A stretch of 64,000 nucleotides of DNA from Candidatus Latescibacterota bacterium (GTDB lineage Bacteria > Latescibacterota > UBA2968 > UBA8231). The notes under the pieces are model-generated. The model ran no database searches. It had not been told where the DNA came from and saw only the letters and a program-made list of their open reading frames with translations. The DNA is taken from contig OZ242214.1 of the NCBI GenBank assembly GCA_965206595.1, positions 5,920,001-5,984,000 on the forward strand. The letters run 5' to 3'. The position numbers were made by a program, and so were the translations under genes. Each line of letters begins with the position of its first letter. Position 1 is the stretch's first letter. This document shows positions 40,343-51,986 of this stretch, piece after piece.

Positions 40343-41992
40343 GGCTTTATTCCGAAATAAATGAGTCATAAGTTGGGGCGGTACAGGCTAGGATAGCGCC
40401 ACCGCAGTAGTCCAGTTAATTCGTGCCAAGGCCTAAATTTTCCTGGTTAGTCTATCAGTCCTTTTGTCTTAGGTCCTTTACCAGCAATCCAAAAACACTT
40501 TTCCATGATGGGTGTCAAGGCGCTGAGCGCTCCGCTGAAGCTCAGGATACTTCCGGTTCCACTGCGGTTCTCGAAATCCGGGCGATCAGCCATCCAAGGA
40601 AGCGAGCGATTGCGCGTTGGACTAGTGGATTGGAAAACTTCCATCGACCCTAACGTTGCATAAACCTGTCTGATGGTGGCCGTTTATATCAGGCCGCATC
40701 TTTTAGCATTTCGAGGAAATGCAACAGTTCCTCCTTAGCTTGCGGGTTTGAATTCATCGTCAGGGTCAACTCGCCCTTGGGCTGAGTCAGGCGGCCGGCG
40801 CGTTGGATGAAACGATGTCGCAAGGTGTCCAGGGTCTGGAATAGTCCACGCGGCGGGCCGTTTGGCGCGCGAATAGGTTGCTGACGAATGGGCGATCATC
40901 TGCATTTCGCGACCCAGATTGTGCGCCATCATGGCGCACAAGGTGACCATCTGGTTGGCGAGCAAGCGCCGGGTGGGGATCAGGTCCAGCCCGGCCTGTT
41001 GCTTGGCCTCCCCGAAGACCCCTTCCTGAGCGCCGCGCCCCCCGTGAAAGAGGACGACGTTACCTGCCGAGGTCGTTTTGTTGGTCACCACGACCCGGTA
41101 GTCATGGTCGAATTGTCGAGGTTGAAACAGATCCAGCTGCAACGGTTGCTTGGTCTGTCGTTTGACCCTGCGGCGCACGAAGACAAACCGATACGAGGCC
41201 GCCCAGCTTGCCGGTTTCCACGCACTTTCGAAATAGGACCGTTCCTTGTCCAGATAGCGCCAGCGTTTTCGTGACTCGACCTTGTGCTTGAGCTCGGGGA
41301 AGCGTTCGAAGGGCACGCTGAGGGTGTACTCGGCGCCATACAAATCCAGGAGGGTGAGGGTGTGTTGGCTGAAGAAGGCGCTGTCCAGACGGGCCTCGAG
41401 CACGGGGTGGGTACCCAGGGCGCCGACCCGGTCGAAGGTGTCCATCATGAACTCATGACCCCCCTTGCTGTCATGGACATTGCCGGGACGGTGCAGGACA
41501 TCGAGAAATTGCCCGGTTTGGGCCACGGTGCAAAACAGGTTGTAGTAACTGCGGGCCCCCTTCCTTTTGGGGTTGTAGCCGACGGCGGTACCTTCGGCAT
41601 GAGCGCGCGTGGATACCACCGACCCGTCGAAGTCGAGGGTCAGACGAGGCAACTGCTCACGCTGGAGCGCATGTATCACCAGGGTCGAGGACACAGCTGG
41701 CGCACGTGGGCCCCATTCGAGGGGCTCAGGGACGCCAGGGTGCGACTGATGGTGGCCACGTCCGGTAGCCGACGCAATCCCAACAAGCGCTGCACCACCG
41801 GATCGTCCCGGTAGTAGTCCACGTCTCGCAAGCGCCGGAAACCTAATAGTAGATGTACGACGAGCAGCAACACAACGACATGGGGACCGAAGATCGCCGA
41901 GCCCTTGGCGGGACGGAAGCAGTGCTTCAATCGGGCTTTCAGGTTAAGCCGCTGAAACAGCAGCAAAAAGACGATCGCTCCGGCAAAGGAAG

Positions 41993-43549
41993 GGGTGTAG
42001 CCGCGTTTTTACGCAGCCATGGTGTAGGGTTGCGAGGTGGTCTTTTTTAGGTACCAGCTCCAGAAGGCCTCCCATCGTTTCGATTGCACGTGGACTCGTA
42101 GGTTGAGAATCTGCTGTCCGCCTTCGCGCGTCCAGCGCATGCCGCTTCGTTTGAGTCGATGACCGACCAGGGTTTTGGCGGCCGCCTCCACGGGACCACT
42201 GGAGAGGATCAAGCCCGAAGCGTGATAGCCGGCGTAGTCCATTTTATCCCGGTTGTTGCGGAAGTAGCCCAGTTCGGTGGTCGCCTGACGATGGCGTGCT
42301 GATCCTTTTGGGAGTTGGCGCCGATGGTAGGCCAGGGAACGGATCAGACCCTGAACGGCACCCGGCTCATGGCGCAGTTTGTGGCGCCATCGTCGATACC
42401 AGCGAAAAGCTTTTCCCGACCGCTTGCCGAAGAGGTGCTCGGCGGCCTTCGACAGGTGCTGGGCGGCGTGGTAGAAGTCGAGAATGCGGGTGAAGCCGTC
42501 GAACACCCTGAGCCCATCCACGGTACGCCAGATCTCGCGCTTGCCGTCGGCCAACACCACCCGGTGCTCGTAGCTCCCTTGCTGCAGGGCCCGATCCGTC
42601 TGGTTCACCAGGCCGTTGACCAAAGTTTCCATTTTTGCCTCCGGCATGCGCGCGGCATAGCGCACGTCGACGCGTTGGGGCTCTTCCCTGTCGGGATCCA
42701 GCGGCGTCAGGTAGGTGGCGACTATGCCCACCCCCGCCTCTTTCCAGGCCGTGGGGGCGCTGTCGGTTTCGCTGTCCATCGGTCGTTCGGCGGGCCGTCC
42801 GCGCTTGGGTGCCGGTTCCCGCAGGGGCACGGTAACTCCGTCCCAACTAACCACCAGGGTGTCGCCCTCGGGATCCAGCGGCGCCGCTGCTTGCAAGGCC
42901 AACTCGAGTTGTTCGGCGTGGTCCTCGGCATACTGGCCGACCCGGGTCAACAGCTGCTGAATGGCCGTGCGCGAGGGCGGCTCGGGCAGCAGCTCCCCCA
43001 AGCAGTCCCGGACCTCGGCAGGGACCATGCCGGCGCCCAGAAACGCCGTCAGGCGCTCCCGTTCCGGCACCATGAATCGCTTGACCATGCCGCAGCGCTC
43101 ATCCAAAGGCACCCGGCTCGGTCCGCCGCGATCGGGCTGATACAGCCGCCGCGCCACCACAACCTTGCCCCACAGGGTCATCCACTCCTTGTCGACCACC
43201 TGCTTGAATCGGTACACCTTCCCCTGGTGTACCACGGTGTCGTCGTCCAATTCACAAGCTTGAGCCAAGCGTTGGAAACCGCTTCGACCGATGTCGTCCA
43301 AACACGATCGAAACTCCCCCAGCATCTGGCGAAAGGCATCCGGTCCTGCTTGCCCGGACTGCAGGCGATGTTCCCACTGCCGGACATTTTCCTGCAGGTT
43401 GGTCAGGCGAGCGCTCCAATCTTGCGTATCTTCCATCCGGGACCCCTTTCCGGTTTTTGGGCGTAAGTGCATATACCCAAAAGTACAACTCGTCCCCGGA
43501 ATTGGGGTCCCACTCTTGTTAAGAAATGCGTAAAATGGAGGCTACACCC
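41993..43549 (-). mobile_element. ISKra4-like element nested in IS1380
   Basis: TIR GGGTGTAGCC / GGCTACACCC; 8-bp TSD AAAGGAAG (41985-41992, 43550-43557). Confidence 0.88.
42009..43472 (-). CDS. ISKra4-family transposase (intact)
   Basis: SWDG, LADG, LDFYHAAQHL, SGPVEAAAK, RLKRSGMRW. Confidence 0.85.
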   Translation of the reverse strand: MHLRPKTGKGSRMEDTQDWSARLTNLQENVRQWEHRLQSGQAGPDAFRQMLGEFRSCLDDIGRSGFQRLAQACELDDDTVVHQGKVYRFKQVVDKEWMTLWGKVVVARRLYQPDRGGPSRVPLDERCGMVKRFMVPERERLTAFLGAGMVPAEVRDCLGELLPEPPSRTAIQQLLTRVGQYAEDHAEQLELALQAAAPLDPEGDTLVVSWDGVTVPLREPAPKRGRPAERPMDSETDSAPTAWKEAGVGIVATYLTPLDPDREEPQRVDVRYAARMPEAKMETLVNGLVNQTDRALQQGSYEHRVVLADGKREIWRTVDGLRVFDGFTRILDFYHAAQHLSKAAEHLFGKRSGKAFRWYRRWRHKLRHEPGAVQGLIRSLAYHRRQLPKGSARHRQATTELGYFRNNRDKMDYAGYHASGLILSSGPVEAAAKTLVGHRLKRSGMRWTREGGQQILNLRVHVQSKRWEAFWSWYLKKTTSQPYTMAA

Positions 43550-43935
43550 AAAGGAAGTAAGTTGTTGATCTTCGAAACGAAGTCGGGGAAGCTTGTAAAA
43601 ACGGGCAAAAACCGCTTGTTTGCTGTACTTCACTTGCGGTGTCCTCCAGGAATGGGGTCGATAATGTTTTGGTCAATATCATCGATACCCAATTCCCAGA
43701 GGCGCCGCAAGTGACTATGTGCTCAAGCAGCAGGGGAAATAGCCCACTTTTATGCAACCAGAGGGTCGATGTAGGTATCGAGGTTCGGGTCGGTTGTTCT
43801 AATCGTGTTTCGCACCTCTTTTCAGCACCCGGGGCGGAGCCAAACACTCGATGTCGAGTAAACTTTTCAGCTGCGACTGGCTGGTGTTTGGCGAGCTTCG
43901 AATGAACCCCTACCTCCCGAAATAGGAGAACAACG

Positions 43936-46900
43936 ATGCCGATGCTCAATATTGGATCGAGCAAGCAGCTCTTCTTCGATGATTACCTGATTGAGAGCCT
44001 GGTCAACGCAAAACGGGGACTTAACCCCGCCGTAGAAGTGGACGACAATCCCGTCCTCCGGCCTGAGCGTCCGTGGGAAGGAAACTTCATGCGGCCCGCC
44101 AAGGTGATCTTTGACGGGCGCCTTAGCCAATTGTTACAGCGTAATACAGGTGCGTATATGTATATTTTACAATACGTTGCCTTCTGTTGCCGCATCCCCT
44201 GCGGCGCGCTCCCCTGATTTCAGAAAGAAGGGGAGCGATGAGTGCCATTCTTTCTCTGGAAGTCTTTCAGGAGCGGCAGTGTCAGGAGCGCTTTCGAAGC
44301 CGAGCGCATGCCGCCTTGGACCGGTTCCTGGATCGGCTGGAGACCCCAATGAGCGAGCCCGGATCTTGTGCGCCGACGTTGATGGAGATCACCGAGGCGG
44401 TGTCCCAAGAGCGCTGCGGGTTCACCGCGGCGTTGGTGGAAGCCTTCATCGAACGCCGCCACGGACCGTTCTTGGCGCAAGAAGAGGCGGCCTGCCCCAA
44501 GTGTGAGCGCCTCCTGCAGGCTAAGGCCGTCGCGTTCGCGCACGGTGGAAACGCTGCTGGGTGCGGTGACCTTGGAGCGGCCCTATTTCTACTGCGCGGC
44601 CTGTCACCACGGGTTCTATCCGCTGGACGAAGCCCTGGGTCTGTCGGGGCAGTGCAAGCAGTGGGACGTGCAGCAGGCCGGGGTCAAGCTGGCGCTGGAG
44701 ATGCCCCACGAGCTTAGCCTCGAAGCTGCTGGACGAGCTCACCGACGCGTCGATGAGCGATTGCGCGATCCACGACGTGCTGCACCGGACCGGGTCGTTG
44801 CAGGTGCTGCATGTCTGTCCGGATGCGGCCGATATCCAGGATCGCATTGCCCAGGCGGCCGCCGGGCGCAAGTGGCGGCCCATCGTGGTGTTGGCCATCG
44901 ATGCGGCGGTCGTGCTCAGTCGCCCGGAGACGGCCAAAGGCACCCGGCCGGGCCGCAAGAAGAGCCGGGCTCGGCGCCGGCGCTGGCAGGGCGAGTATCG
45001 CGAGGCCAAGGGGTTCCGTTTCTACCTGATAGATGACGAACGCATCGTGCACTTGATCTCCTGGCACCAGATGGGCGACGAACAGGCCTTCGGCGCGGCC
45101 TTGCGCCAGGTCAAGGAGGCCGGCCGTGATCCCGGAGGACCAGGTGCGCCTGTGTGCCGTCGCCGATGGCGCCCCGTGGATCTGGAAGTGGGTGGAAGAG
45201 CTGTTCCCCAGCGCCCGTCAGATCCTCGACTACTATCACTGCAGCAGCTACCTGCACGCGGTGGCCGAGGCCCAGTACGGCGCCGATCCGGAAGGCGCCA
45301 CCCAGTGGCTGGAAGCGAGTCTGGCGCGCCTGTTCTGCGGCGAGGGCGCCGGCGTAGTCTGGGGGCTGCAGCGCATGAAGCCGGCCGGGGAAGAAGCCGG
45401 CGAGGCGATCACTTCGGCCCTGAGCTACTTGCAGAAGCGCCTGCACCAGGTGGATTTCGGCAGTCACCGCAAGGGCGGATACCCGATCGGCTCGGGTGCG
45501 ATCGAATCGGCGCATCGCTTCATCGGCCAGGTTCGTCTGAAACGATCCGGCGCCTGGTGGTATAAGGAAAACAGCAACGCCATTCTTGCCTTGCGTTGCG
45601 CCTTATACAATGGAACCCTTGATCGGGTCTTTCAGCAGCACCGCGATACCCTCGAACGACCACCGTAATCGCAACAATCAGCTAAGGCTCCCTCTTTGAC
45701 CCGATAGACCAGATCTTCAGGATGTGGTATACCTCCGCAACCATAACTGTGCGCCTGGAAAACGGGAAACCGGTTCCCGGCGGTGCCGCGGGGCTTGTCC
45801 TTGACCAGCGGGGCGATGCGACGTGCCTGGCGACCTCCGAGGATGGAATTCACTGGGAGCGGCCATCACTGGGACTGGTTGAATTCGACGGCTCGACGGA
45901 CAACAACATCCTCCCCGAAAAGGAGGGGCTGCCCACGGCACCGGCGTTCCAAGATCTGCACGAGAAAGATCCTGCCAAACGCTACAAGGCAATGCGGCTG
46001 ACCGGGGGCACGCAGACACGGGGGATGCAATACGATCTCTTCTATTCCCCGGATGCAATCGAATGGACTCCCTGCGAAGGCAACCCCGTCATCGATACCG
46101 GCAAGGAGCTGGGGCGTTGGTCGGGTCGTTTCCAGGGATGGGACCCGATACGCGAGACTTACTACGTCACCATGGAAGCCGGCCACCACTGGCGGGGACC
46201 TTACGGCAAACGGCTGATCGGCAGAGCGGAAAGCCCGGACATGATTCACTGGAGCGAGCCGGAGATCATCCTTGTGCCAGACGAGGACGACTACCCCGAC
46301 ACCGAGTTCTACAGCCTGCCGGTCATCCCCTACGAAGGTATCTATGTCGGGTTGCTGTGGATCTTCCGCACCACCAACGTGACCCATCATCCGGAGGTCA
46401 TCTTCAGTCGGGCTGGATTTTACTTTCAGCGGAACTACCGGGAACCCTACATCCCGCGTGGCGGCTCGCGAGCGGACTTCGACTTCAGCAGCGTCTACGC
46501 TCAAGACACCATCGTTCACGGGGACCGCATCTTCACCTACTACATCGGCACCAACAGCCGGTCTCCTGAAATCGCCCTGGAGCTGGGCGACAAGTCCGCG
46601 GAGGGCATCGGACTGGCGGTCTCACGCCTTGACGGGTTTGTCTCTCTCGACAGCGGGAAGGGCTGGGTGGTAAAGGACAGGTCCGAGGAGGAACTACAGC
46701 ACATCTATGGCGAGCGGGAAATCTTCCAGGAGCCTGAGTCCTTCGGCCAGATGACGACCCGCCCGTTCGGGTTCTCCGGATCGCGCTTGTACCTGAACAC
46801 AAGCATGGCACCGATGGCGGCTGGACCGGGTCCCGGCGAAGTCAAGGTGGAAATTTCAAGGGCGAATCATAAGAAGTTGCCCGGATTCAGCTTCGACGAT

Positions 46901-47086
46901 GCCGATCCAATCACGGAAACAAGCACTGCCCACCCTGTCTCGTGGAACGGGAATTCCGATTTAAGTGCACTGGCCGGAAAGCCGATTAAGCTGCGTTTCT
47001 ATTTCAAGAACGCCAAGCTTTACTCTTTTCAATTCAAGAAATACGGTTCGCCGCGGCGGCACGCGGGCGCTTCGGCGGGAGCGTGA
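43936..47086 (+). pseudogene. Beta-propeller glycoside hydrolase-like gene (GH32/43-like) split by IS: parts 43936-44115 and 45701-47086
   Basis: KQLFFDDYLI, NPVLRPERPWEG | FRMWY, ATSEDGIHWERP, RLDGFVSL; halves join in frame after removing IS and one TSD. Confidence 0.75.
44116..45692 (+). mobile_element. ISKra4-like element (transposase 44238-45668, several frameshifts)
   Basis: TIR GGGCGCCTTAGC / GCTAAGGCTCCC; 8-bp TSD TCTTTGAC (44108-44115, 45693-45700); ADGAPWIW, LDYYH, GSGAIES. Confidence 0.88.
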
Positions 47087-47171
47087 CGAGTCGGCCGCAC
47101 CTCTTCTGCCAGTTCGGCGCCAGCTCGGCCAGCGCAGTCCGTCATGATCTCATGCCGGGGATTTCGCTATA

Positions 47172-47953
47172 ATGGGAAATTTAAACCCGATGACACGGGA
47201 GCACCTTGAAATGGGAGACGATGCCCGCGGCTTCTTCAAAGAAAACGGATACTACCTGGCGCGTGGCGTCTATTCACCACGGGAAATTTGCCTGCTCCGG
47301 GAGGAGTTCGACCGCATTGTTCATCAGGTTACCGAAAGCGGCGGGCCCGGTGCAGGGCCCAATGCGGCAGAGGACAACGGCATCGTCTCGACTTATAACG
47401 TCCAGAAATACTCGGCCTACTGGCTGACCCACGGGTTGCTGCACAGGCCGTTCCTCGATCTCGCAGAACAGTTCATCGGGTCGGCGTCCTGCAGCGAACG
47501 AGCCTGTACGAAAAGAGAAAAGCCGATGTCGTCGGTCCGTTCCGAATGCACCAGGACTGGATTTACGGACCGATGGAGAAGGACTCCATGGTCGCGGGGA
47601 TGATCCACGTCGCCAGGGGCACCGCGCCCATGGGCGCGGTGCGTATCTACCCGGGCAGTAATCGCACGCGGATGGAGAACGCCCGAACCTCGGACGAAGA
47701 CTTCGACCGGAGATTCCCTCTCGAAGACGCCTTGGTGATCGAAGGAGAGGCCGGCGACGTCCTCTTTTTCCACTACCGCCTGGTCCACGGCTCGAAGTCC
47801 AACGAAATCGACGAGCCCAGGAAAATCGTGCACGTCAGGATGTTCTCGGGCGGCGACCGCCGTGAGAACCACAACCAGCCTTTCGAAAACCTCGTGCTGC
47901 GCGGCTGGAATTCCCACGCAAACGCTGCCAACGCCACGTCCGACAACCCGTGA
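47172..47953 (+). pseudogene. PhyH-family dioxygenase with frameshift near 47480
   Basis: FFKENGYYLAR N-terminal part; MHQDW, AGDVLFFHYRLVHGS in another frame. Confidence 0.7.
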
Positions 47954-48069
47954 TGCCGGTCCGGTGCCCGGATCTGATGGCTGGGCGGCCGGCACGATGC
48001 CGGCGGGGCTGGCGCGGGGCGAGAAAGCAGGTCAGGCGGCGAACTCGAGCTGCCGCTGCCGCCTGCATC

Positions 48070-49050
48070 CTACGCGGTTGGCAGCACCTCCGGGTTGACG
48101 CAGTACTCCGGAGCCTCCCCGTTCAGCACCTTCACCATGCTCGTCGCCATGGAGTGGTAGATCCGCGCCATGGCCACCTCGCTCGTACCGACGGTGTGGG
48201 GGGAGAACAGACAGCGCCGGTCGCGGAACAGCCGGTGGCTCGCGTCGGGCGGCTCTTCCTCGAACACGTCGAGGCCCACTGCACTCAGCTGCCCGGACTC
48301 CAGACCGTCGGCGAGGACATCGTAGCTCTCGACGACTCCACCGCGTGCGGTGTTGATGAAGACGGCGCCCGGTTTCATGCGGGCCACGGCCGCTGCGTCA
48401 ATCAGTCCTCGCGTGTCGTCGTTCAGCGGAACGTGCATCGATATGTAGTCACTGCGCGCCAGAAGCTCGTCGAGCGCCACGACGGTGACGCCGATTTCGC
48501 TCACACTTTCCTGCCCTACGACGGGATCGTACCCGAGTATCTCCATCTCGAAAGGCTGCAGAAGCCGGGCGAGCCGGGCCCCGATGCGGCCGAGACCGAT
48601 GATGCCGAGGGTTCGGGTGGTCATATCGCCGGTGAGAAAGTGGAAACGCTCATGCCAGCGACCTGCGCGAACCATCGCGTCTGCCTGCGGCAGGCGCTTG
48701 ACCAGGGACAGCAGGATGGCCAGCGCGCCCTCGGCCACGGCAAACCCGCCTACCGGCGCATACACGAGGGGAATCTCGCGGGCCGTCGCAGCTTCGACGT
48801 CGACGGTGTCGTAGCCGGCGCCGGGCCGCCCGATCACGCGCAGCTGGGGAGCGGCCTGTATGATCCCGGCCGAGATGCGGATCTCCATTCCCCTGCTGAC
48901 GATGCCGATGGCGTCGCCAAGCGAGGAGACCAGGGTCTCCTCGTCGGGAGCGCTTTCCACGGGAGCGACTGTTTGCAAGACCTCGATCGCCTCGGGGCCG
49001 ATCGCGCCGGTGGTCAGGATGCGTTTTCCTGAATAGTCGGTTCCGTTCAT
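48070..49050 (-). CDS. D-3-phosphoglycerate dehydrogenase-like hydroxyacid dehydrogenase
   Basis: GAGYDTVD, GIIGLGRIG, FINTARG, GLDVFEEEP, SPH. Confidence 0.88.
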   Translation of the reverse strand: MNGTDYSGKRILTTGAIGPEAIEVLQTVAPVESAPDEETLVSSLGDAIGIVSRGMEIRISAGIIQAAPQLRVIGRPGAGYDTVDVEAATAREIPLVYAPVGGFAVAEGALAILLSLVKRLPQADAMVRAGRWHERFHFLTGDMTTRTLGIIGLGRIGARLARLLQPFEMEILGYDPVVGQESVSEIGVTVVALDELLARSDYISMHVPLNDDTRGLIDAAAVARMKPGAVFINTARGGVVESYDVLADGLESGQLSAVGLDVFEEEPPDASHRLFRDRRCLFSPHTVGTSEVAMARIYHSMATSMVKVLNGEAPEYCVNPEVLPTA

Positions 49051-49268
49051 GTCAGGGCTGAGCCTCCTTTGTGGGAGCCTGACGGGTCGCGGGCGTCAAG
49101 CCGAACCTGCTCTCGCTCGAACGTGCCGGAGCCCGAGCCTGATCTCGGAGATGCCTATCTCAAAACGACCGTCTCACCCAGGATCGGACTGAGAATGACA
49201 AACTGAAGTGCCTTGGGATCGTCGGCGAGACCGAGATGGGTCCAGCCCCGTCAGCAGGTGGCCGTCGA

Positions 49269-51161
49269 TCAACGCAGTAAGGTCAATTTGCGGCTCAGAC
49301 GGATGGAGCCGGCATCCAACTGGTAGAAGTAGGTCCCGCTGGAAACGGGCGTTCCGCTTTCATCCAGACCGTCCCAGTTCACTTGGATGGCCCCCGTCCC
49401 CGCCTTCCCTTTCCACACCATGCGCACCGGTTGTCCGAGGGCATTGAAGATGCGCAGGGTTGCATCCACCTGCTTCCCATAGGGGATGGAGATGGTGAAG
49501 GGTATGACCGTTCTGGAGTTGAAGGGGTTCGGGAAGTTCTCCTGCAGGGAGAAACGGGGCGGTCCGCTTGAGGAACCAGTCTCCTCCACGAGGGTTGGCC
49601 GCCGGATGATCTCGGGCGGCCCCGAGGTGTCCAGTTGCTCGATCAGGGCGGCAGCCGGTGCCGACCGGGGGGAATCCACCCAGGGCTGGGTGCGAACCAC
49701 CCGCCCATCGGACAACTCGAGAACCAGGGTCCACTCGGTCCATTCCCTCTGGCTCCCCCCATCCTCCACATAGCAGTCGATGTTGCCCGTTGCCCGGCGC
49801 TCCCGGAGCACGCCAGGTAGATCCGGGTTGAAGTCGAACATGGGGTCCAGGGTCATTTCCTCGGCCGACAAGGTTGTGTAAAGCCGGGTGAGATAGGGAT
49901 ACTCCTCGAACAACTCCTGGGCGGCCCTCAGGGGCTCGACCACGACCGCTTCCAGTTCGTCGAGTAAGGCCTTCAGATCGTATTCGTCTCCTTTCATGTA
50001 CTCGGCGAAGTCCCGCATGTTGCCGTAGAACCAGGACTCCGCCCTGGAGAGGAGCCATCCTTCCTCCGCCGCCTGGTCATAGGCCTGCCGGTCGCCCTTG
50101 AAAATCACCTGCAGCACCCCTTCTTCCAGGACGCGTTTCGACATGGGAAGGTGCCGGCGCAGCAGGGCCTGCATCTGGTTGTCCCGAGGGAACCTCTGGC
50201 TCCGCAGGGCATCGAGCAGTTCCGGCGCCTCCTCGATGCCGCGCAGCCCGTCGATGTCGTAGAGGCCTTCGGGGTACAGACGCTGGTCCATGACCTCACT
50301 GGATCCGGCGAAGTCGGTGACAAAAGCGCGGCCCCCGGCCTCGTCGGCGGCTGCGGTCACCAACTGGGAATAGTTCGATCCCGAGAAGATCCAGTCGAGC
50401 AGGGCTTCATTTATATGGACGTGGCGGTAGTTGACGGGGACGGCCCTGTGATCACCCAGAATCCAGACAAAGACGGGCATGTCCGGCTGTACAGCGACGG
50501 CAGTCAGGCGGATGGGGATCCCCGGGCGTTCGGCCTTGTAGGTCAGGGCGATGGGCAGCAGATCGCCTACTCCGCGATCCGGCGCCAGGCGAAGGGCCAG
50601 GAAGTAGTATCCCCCTTCGACGTATGGGGACAACAGTTCCGGTCCGGTGTCCCCTAGCTGATAGTTGTTGTCGGTGAGCCAGTCCACCACCGCCTGGGGG
50701 TCGTCCGCGGTTATCACCACACTCTCGTAGGGGCCGACGCGATCCTCGAAAACGACCTCCACGGGAGGGCCACCGCCGGTGTCAGCGCAGACGCTGCATC
50801 CGCCCAGGAAGTCTTCCATTCCGTAACCGCACGCTTCTTCAAACTCCCAGTCGAGATCGAGGAAAAAGGTTGGACTGGTGGCGGAACCCAGCTGGCGGAA
50901 GAGTTCGTTGTGGCTGACCCGGATCTCGGGAAGGGAGGGAACCGGCAGGATCCAGGCGAAGTCGGCGGCCTCGCCGGTGTACTGGATCTGCACGTGGGTC
51001 GTCACAACGCCGTCCCTGGCAGCGAAGAGGATGCGTTCCCCCGCCTGGTCCATCGGGGCGGTCGTGCAGAAGAAACCTCCGCACGCCCGGACGGCTTCGG
51101 GTCCGGCGAGCAACGACAGTTCCAATCCTGCCAGGATCGGCAACAGAAGCATGTACTTCAT
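49269..51161 (-). CDS. Secreted DUF2330-like protein with C-terminal FlgD-Ig/Por-type sorting domain
   Basis: Signal peptide then ACGGFFC, FAWILPVP, PIRLTAVA; C-terminal LQENFPNPFN...WDGLDESGTPVSSGTYFYQL. Confidence 0.8.
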   Translation of the reverse strand: MKYMLLLPILAGLELSLLAGPEAVRACGGFFCTTAPMDQAGERILFAARDGVVTTHVQIQYTGEAADFAWILPVPSLPEIRVSHNELFRQLGSATSPTFFLDLDWEFEEACGYGMEDFLGGCSVCADTGGGPPVEVVFEDRVGPYESVVITADDPQAVVDWLTDNNYQLGDTGPELLSPYVEGGYYFLALRLAPDRGVGDLLPIALTYKAERPGIPIRLTAVAVQPDMPVFVWILGDHRAVPVNYRHVHINEALLDWIFSGSNYSQLVTAAADEAGGRAFVTDFAGSSEVMDQRLYPEGLYDIDGLRGIEEAPELLDALRSQRFPRDNQMQALLRRHLPMSKRVLEEGVLQVIFKGDRQAYDQAAEEGWLLSRAESWFYGNMRDFAEYMKGDEYDLKALLDELEAVVVEPLRAAQELFEEYPYLTRLYTTLSAEEMTLDPMFDFNPDLPGVLRERRATGNIDCYVEDGGSQREWTEWTLVLELSDGRVVRTQPWVDSPRSAPAAALIEQLDTSGPPEIIRRPTLVEETGSSSGPPRFSLQENFPNPFNSRTVIPFTISIPYGKQVDATLRIFNALGQPVRMVWKGKAGTGAIQVNWDGLDESGTPVSSGTYFYQLDAGSIRLSRKLTLLR

Positions 51162-51642
51162 ATGGCCTCCTCGCGCTGGGAACGTTGCGCTCACGGCTGG
51201 ATATTCACTTGTCTCGAAACCTCCGTACCTGATATACGAGGCAAATGGGCAACTATGTGAATCCTCAGTCAAGGGGCTGAGGGCATCGCAAGGGCAGGCA
51301 GCTCCGGTCGTGATCACGCCGTTAACGGCGTGATCACGACCATGTGTGATGATCGAGTCTATGACCAGTTCGCGCGTTACGACATCTTTCATTGCCATGA
51401 GCGCATTGCGCATCGCTTCTTTGCCGCGGAGTTCTCCAGGATGCAGTCAACATCAGCGCGGGCAAAGGCGAAATTCAGCTCTTATAGCAGCTGCTTCCTG
51501 GGCGCATCTCCACAATCGGGGTGTACCGTGATCCTGGTCTCCTCGGCAGTCCGGTTCAAGGAGTCATTCTCGTTCTATTGGTGTTTTACGGTATCAAACG
51601 GGTCCTTTTAGGACCTTCAAGTAAATAAATCTTCCTGCTTGA

Positions 51643-51939
51643 CTACCCGCTAAAATAACCACTGCCTCCACCAATCCGTTTTTGATTCCATTGCCAAAAA
51701 GCCCAACCGACAAAACAGAATTGGATATATAGGGAAAACCCTGCGAATGCTTGTATCAAATGACCCTTGGAACCGTAGCGACACCAAGCGGCGAAACCGG
51801 CGATGACCGAGAAGAGTTAGGTAGGAACAATAAAAGCCCTAGGAATTGCTGTGCCGTCTATAAAAAGCTCCCACGCCGCCCAGACATATACGGCCAAAAT
51901 CAAGATTGATTGAATCAATAGGAAAACAATTCGGGCCAC
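51643..51939 (-). pseudogene. Low-GC small membrane protein with in-frame TAA (51817-51819)
   Basis: Hydrophobic reading continues past the stop: ...IVPT*LFSVIAGFAAW...FWQWNQKR. Confidence 0.45.
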
Positions 51940-51986
51940 GGTTTCACCATTCTGCTCCAGGTTGAAGGGACCGGATACGTGCGATA

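Larger units (their letters stand above)
40648..43765 (-). mobile_element. IS1380-family element, interrupted by nested IS (transposase 43633-40689, split and frameshifted)
   Basis: TIR CCCTxxxGTTGCATAAA, 4-bp TSD TCGA (40644-40647, 43766-43769); [21 protein letters not shown] motifs. Confidence 0.85.

Noticed and set aside
51817-51819. In-frame stop as recoding site
   Set aside because: It is TAA with no redox motif or SECIS; treated as nonsense mutation.
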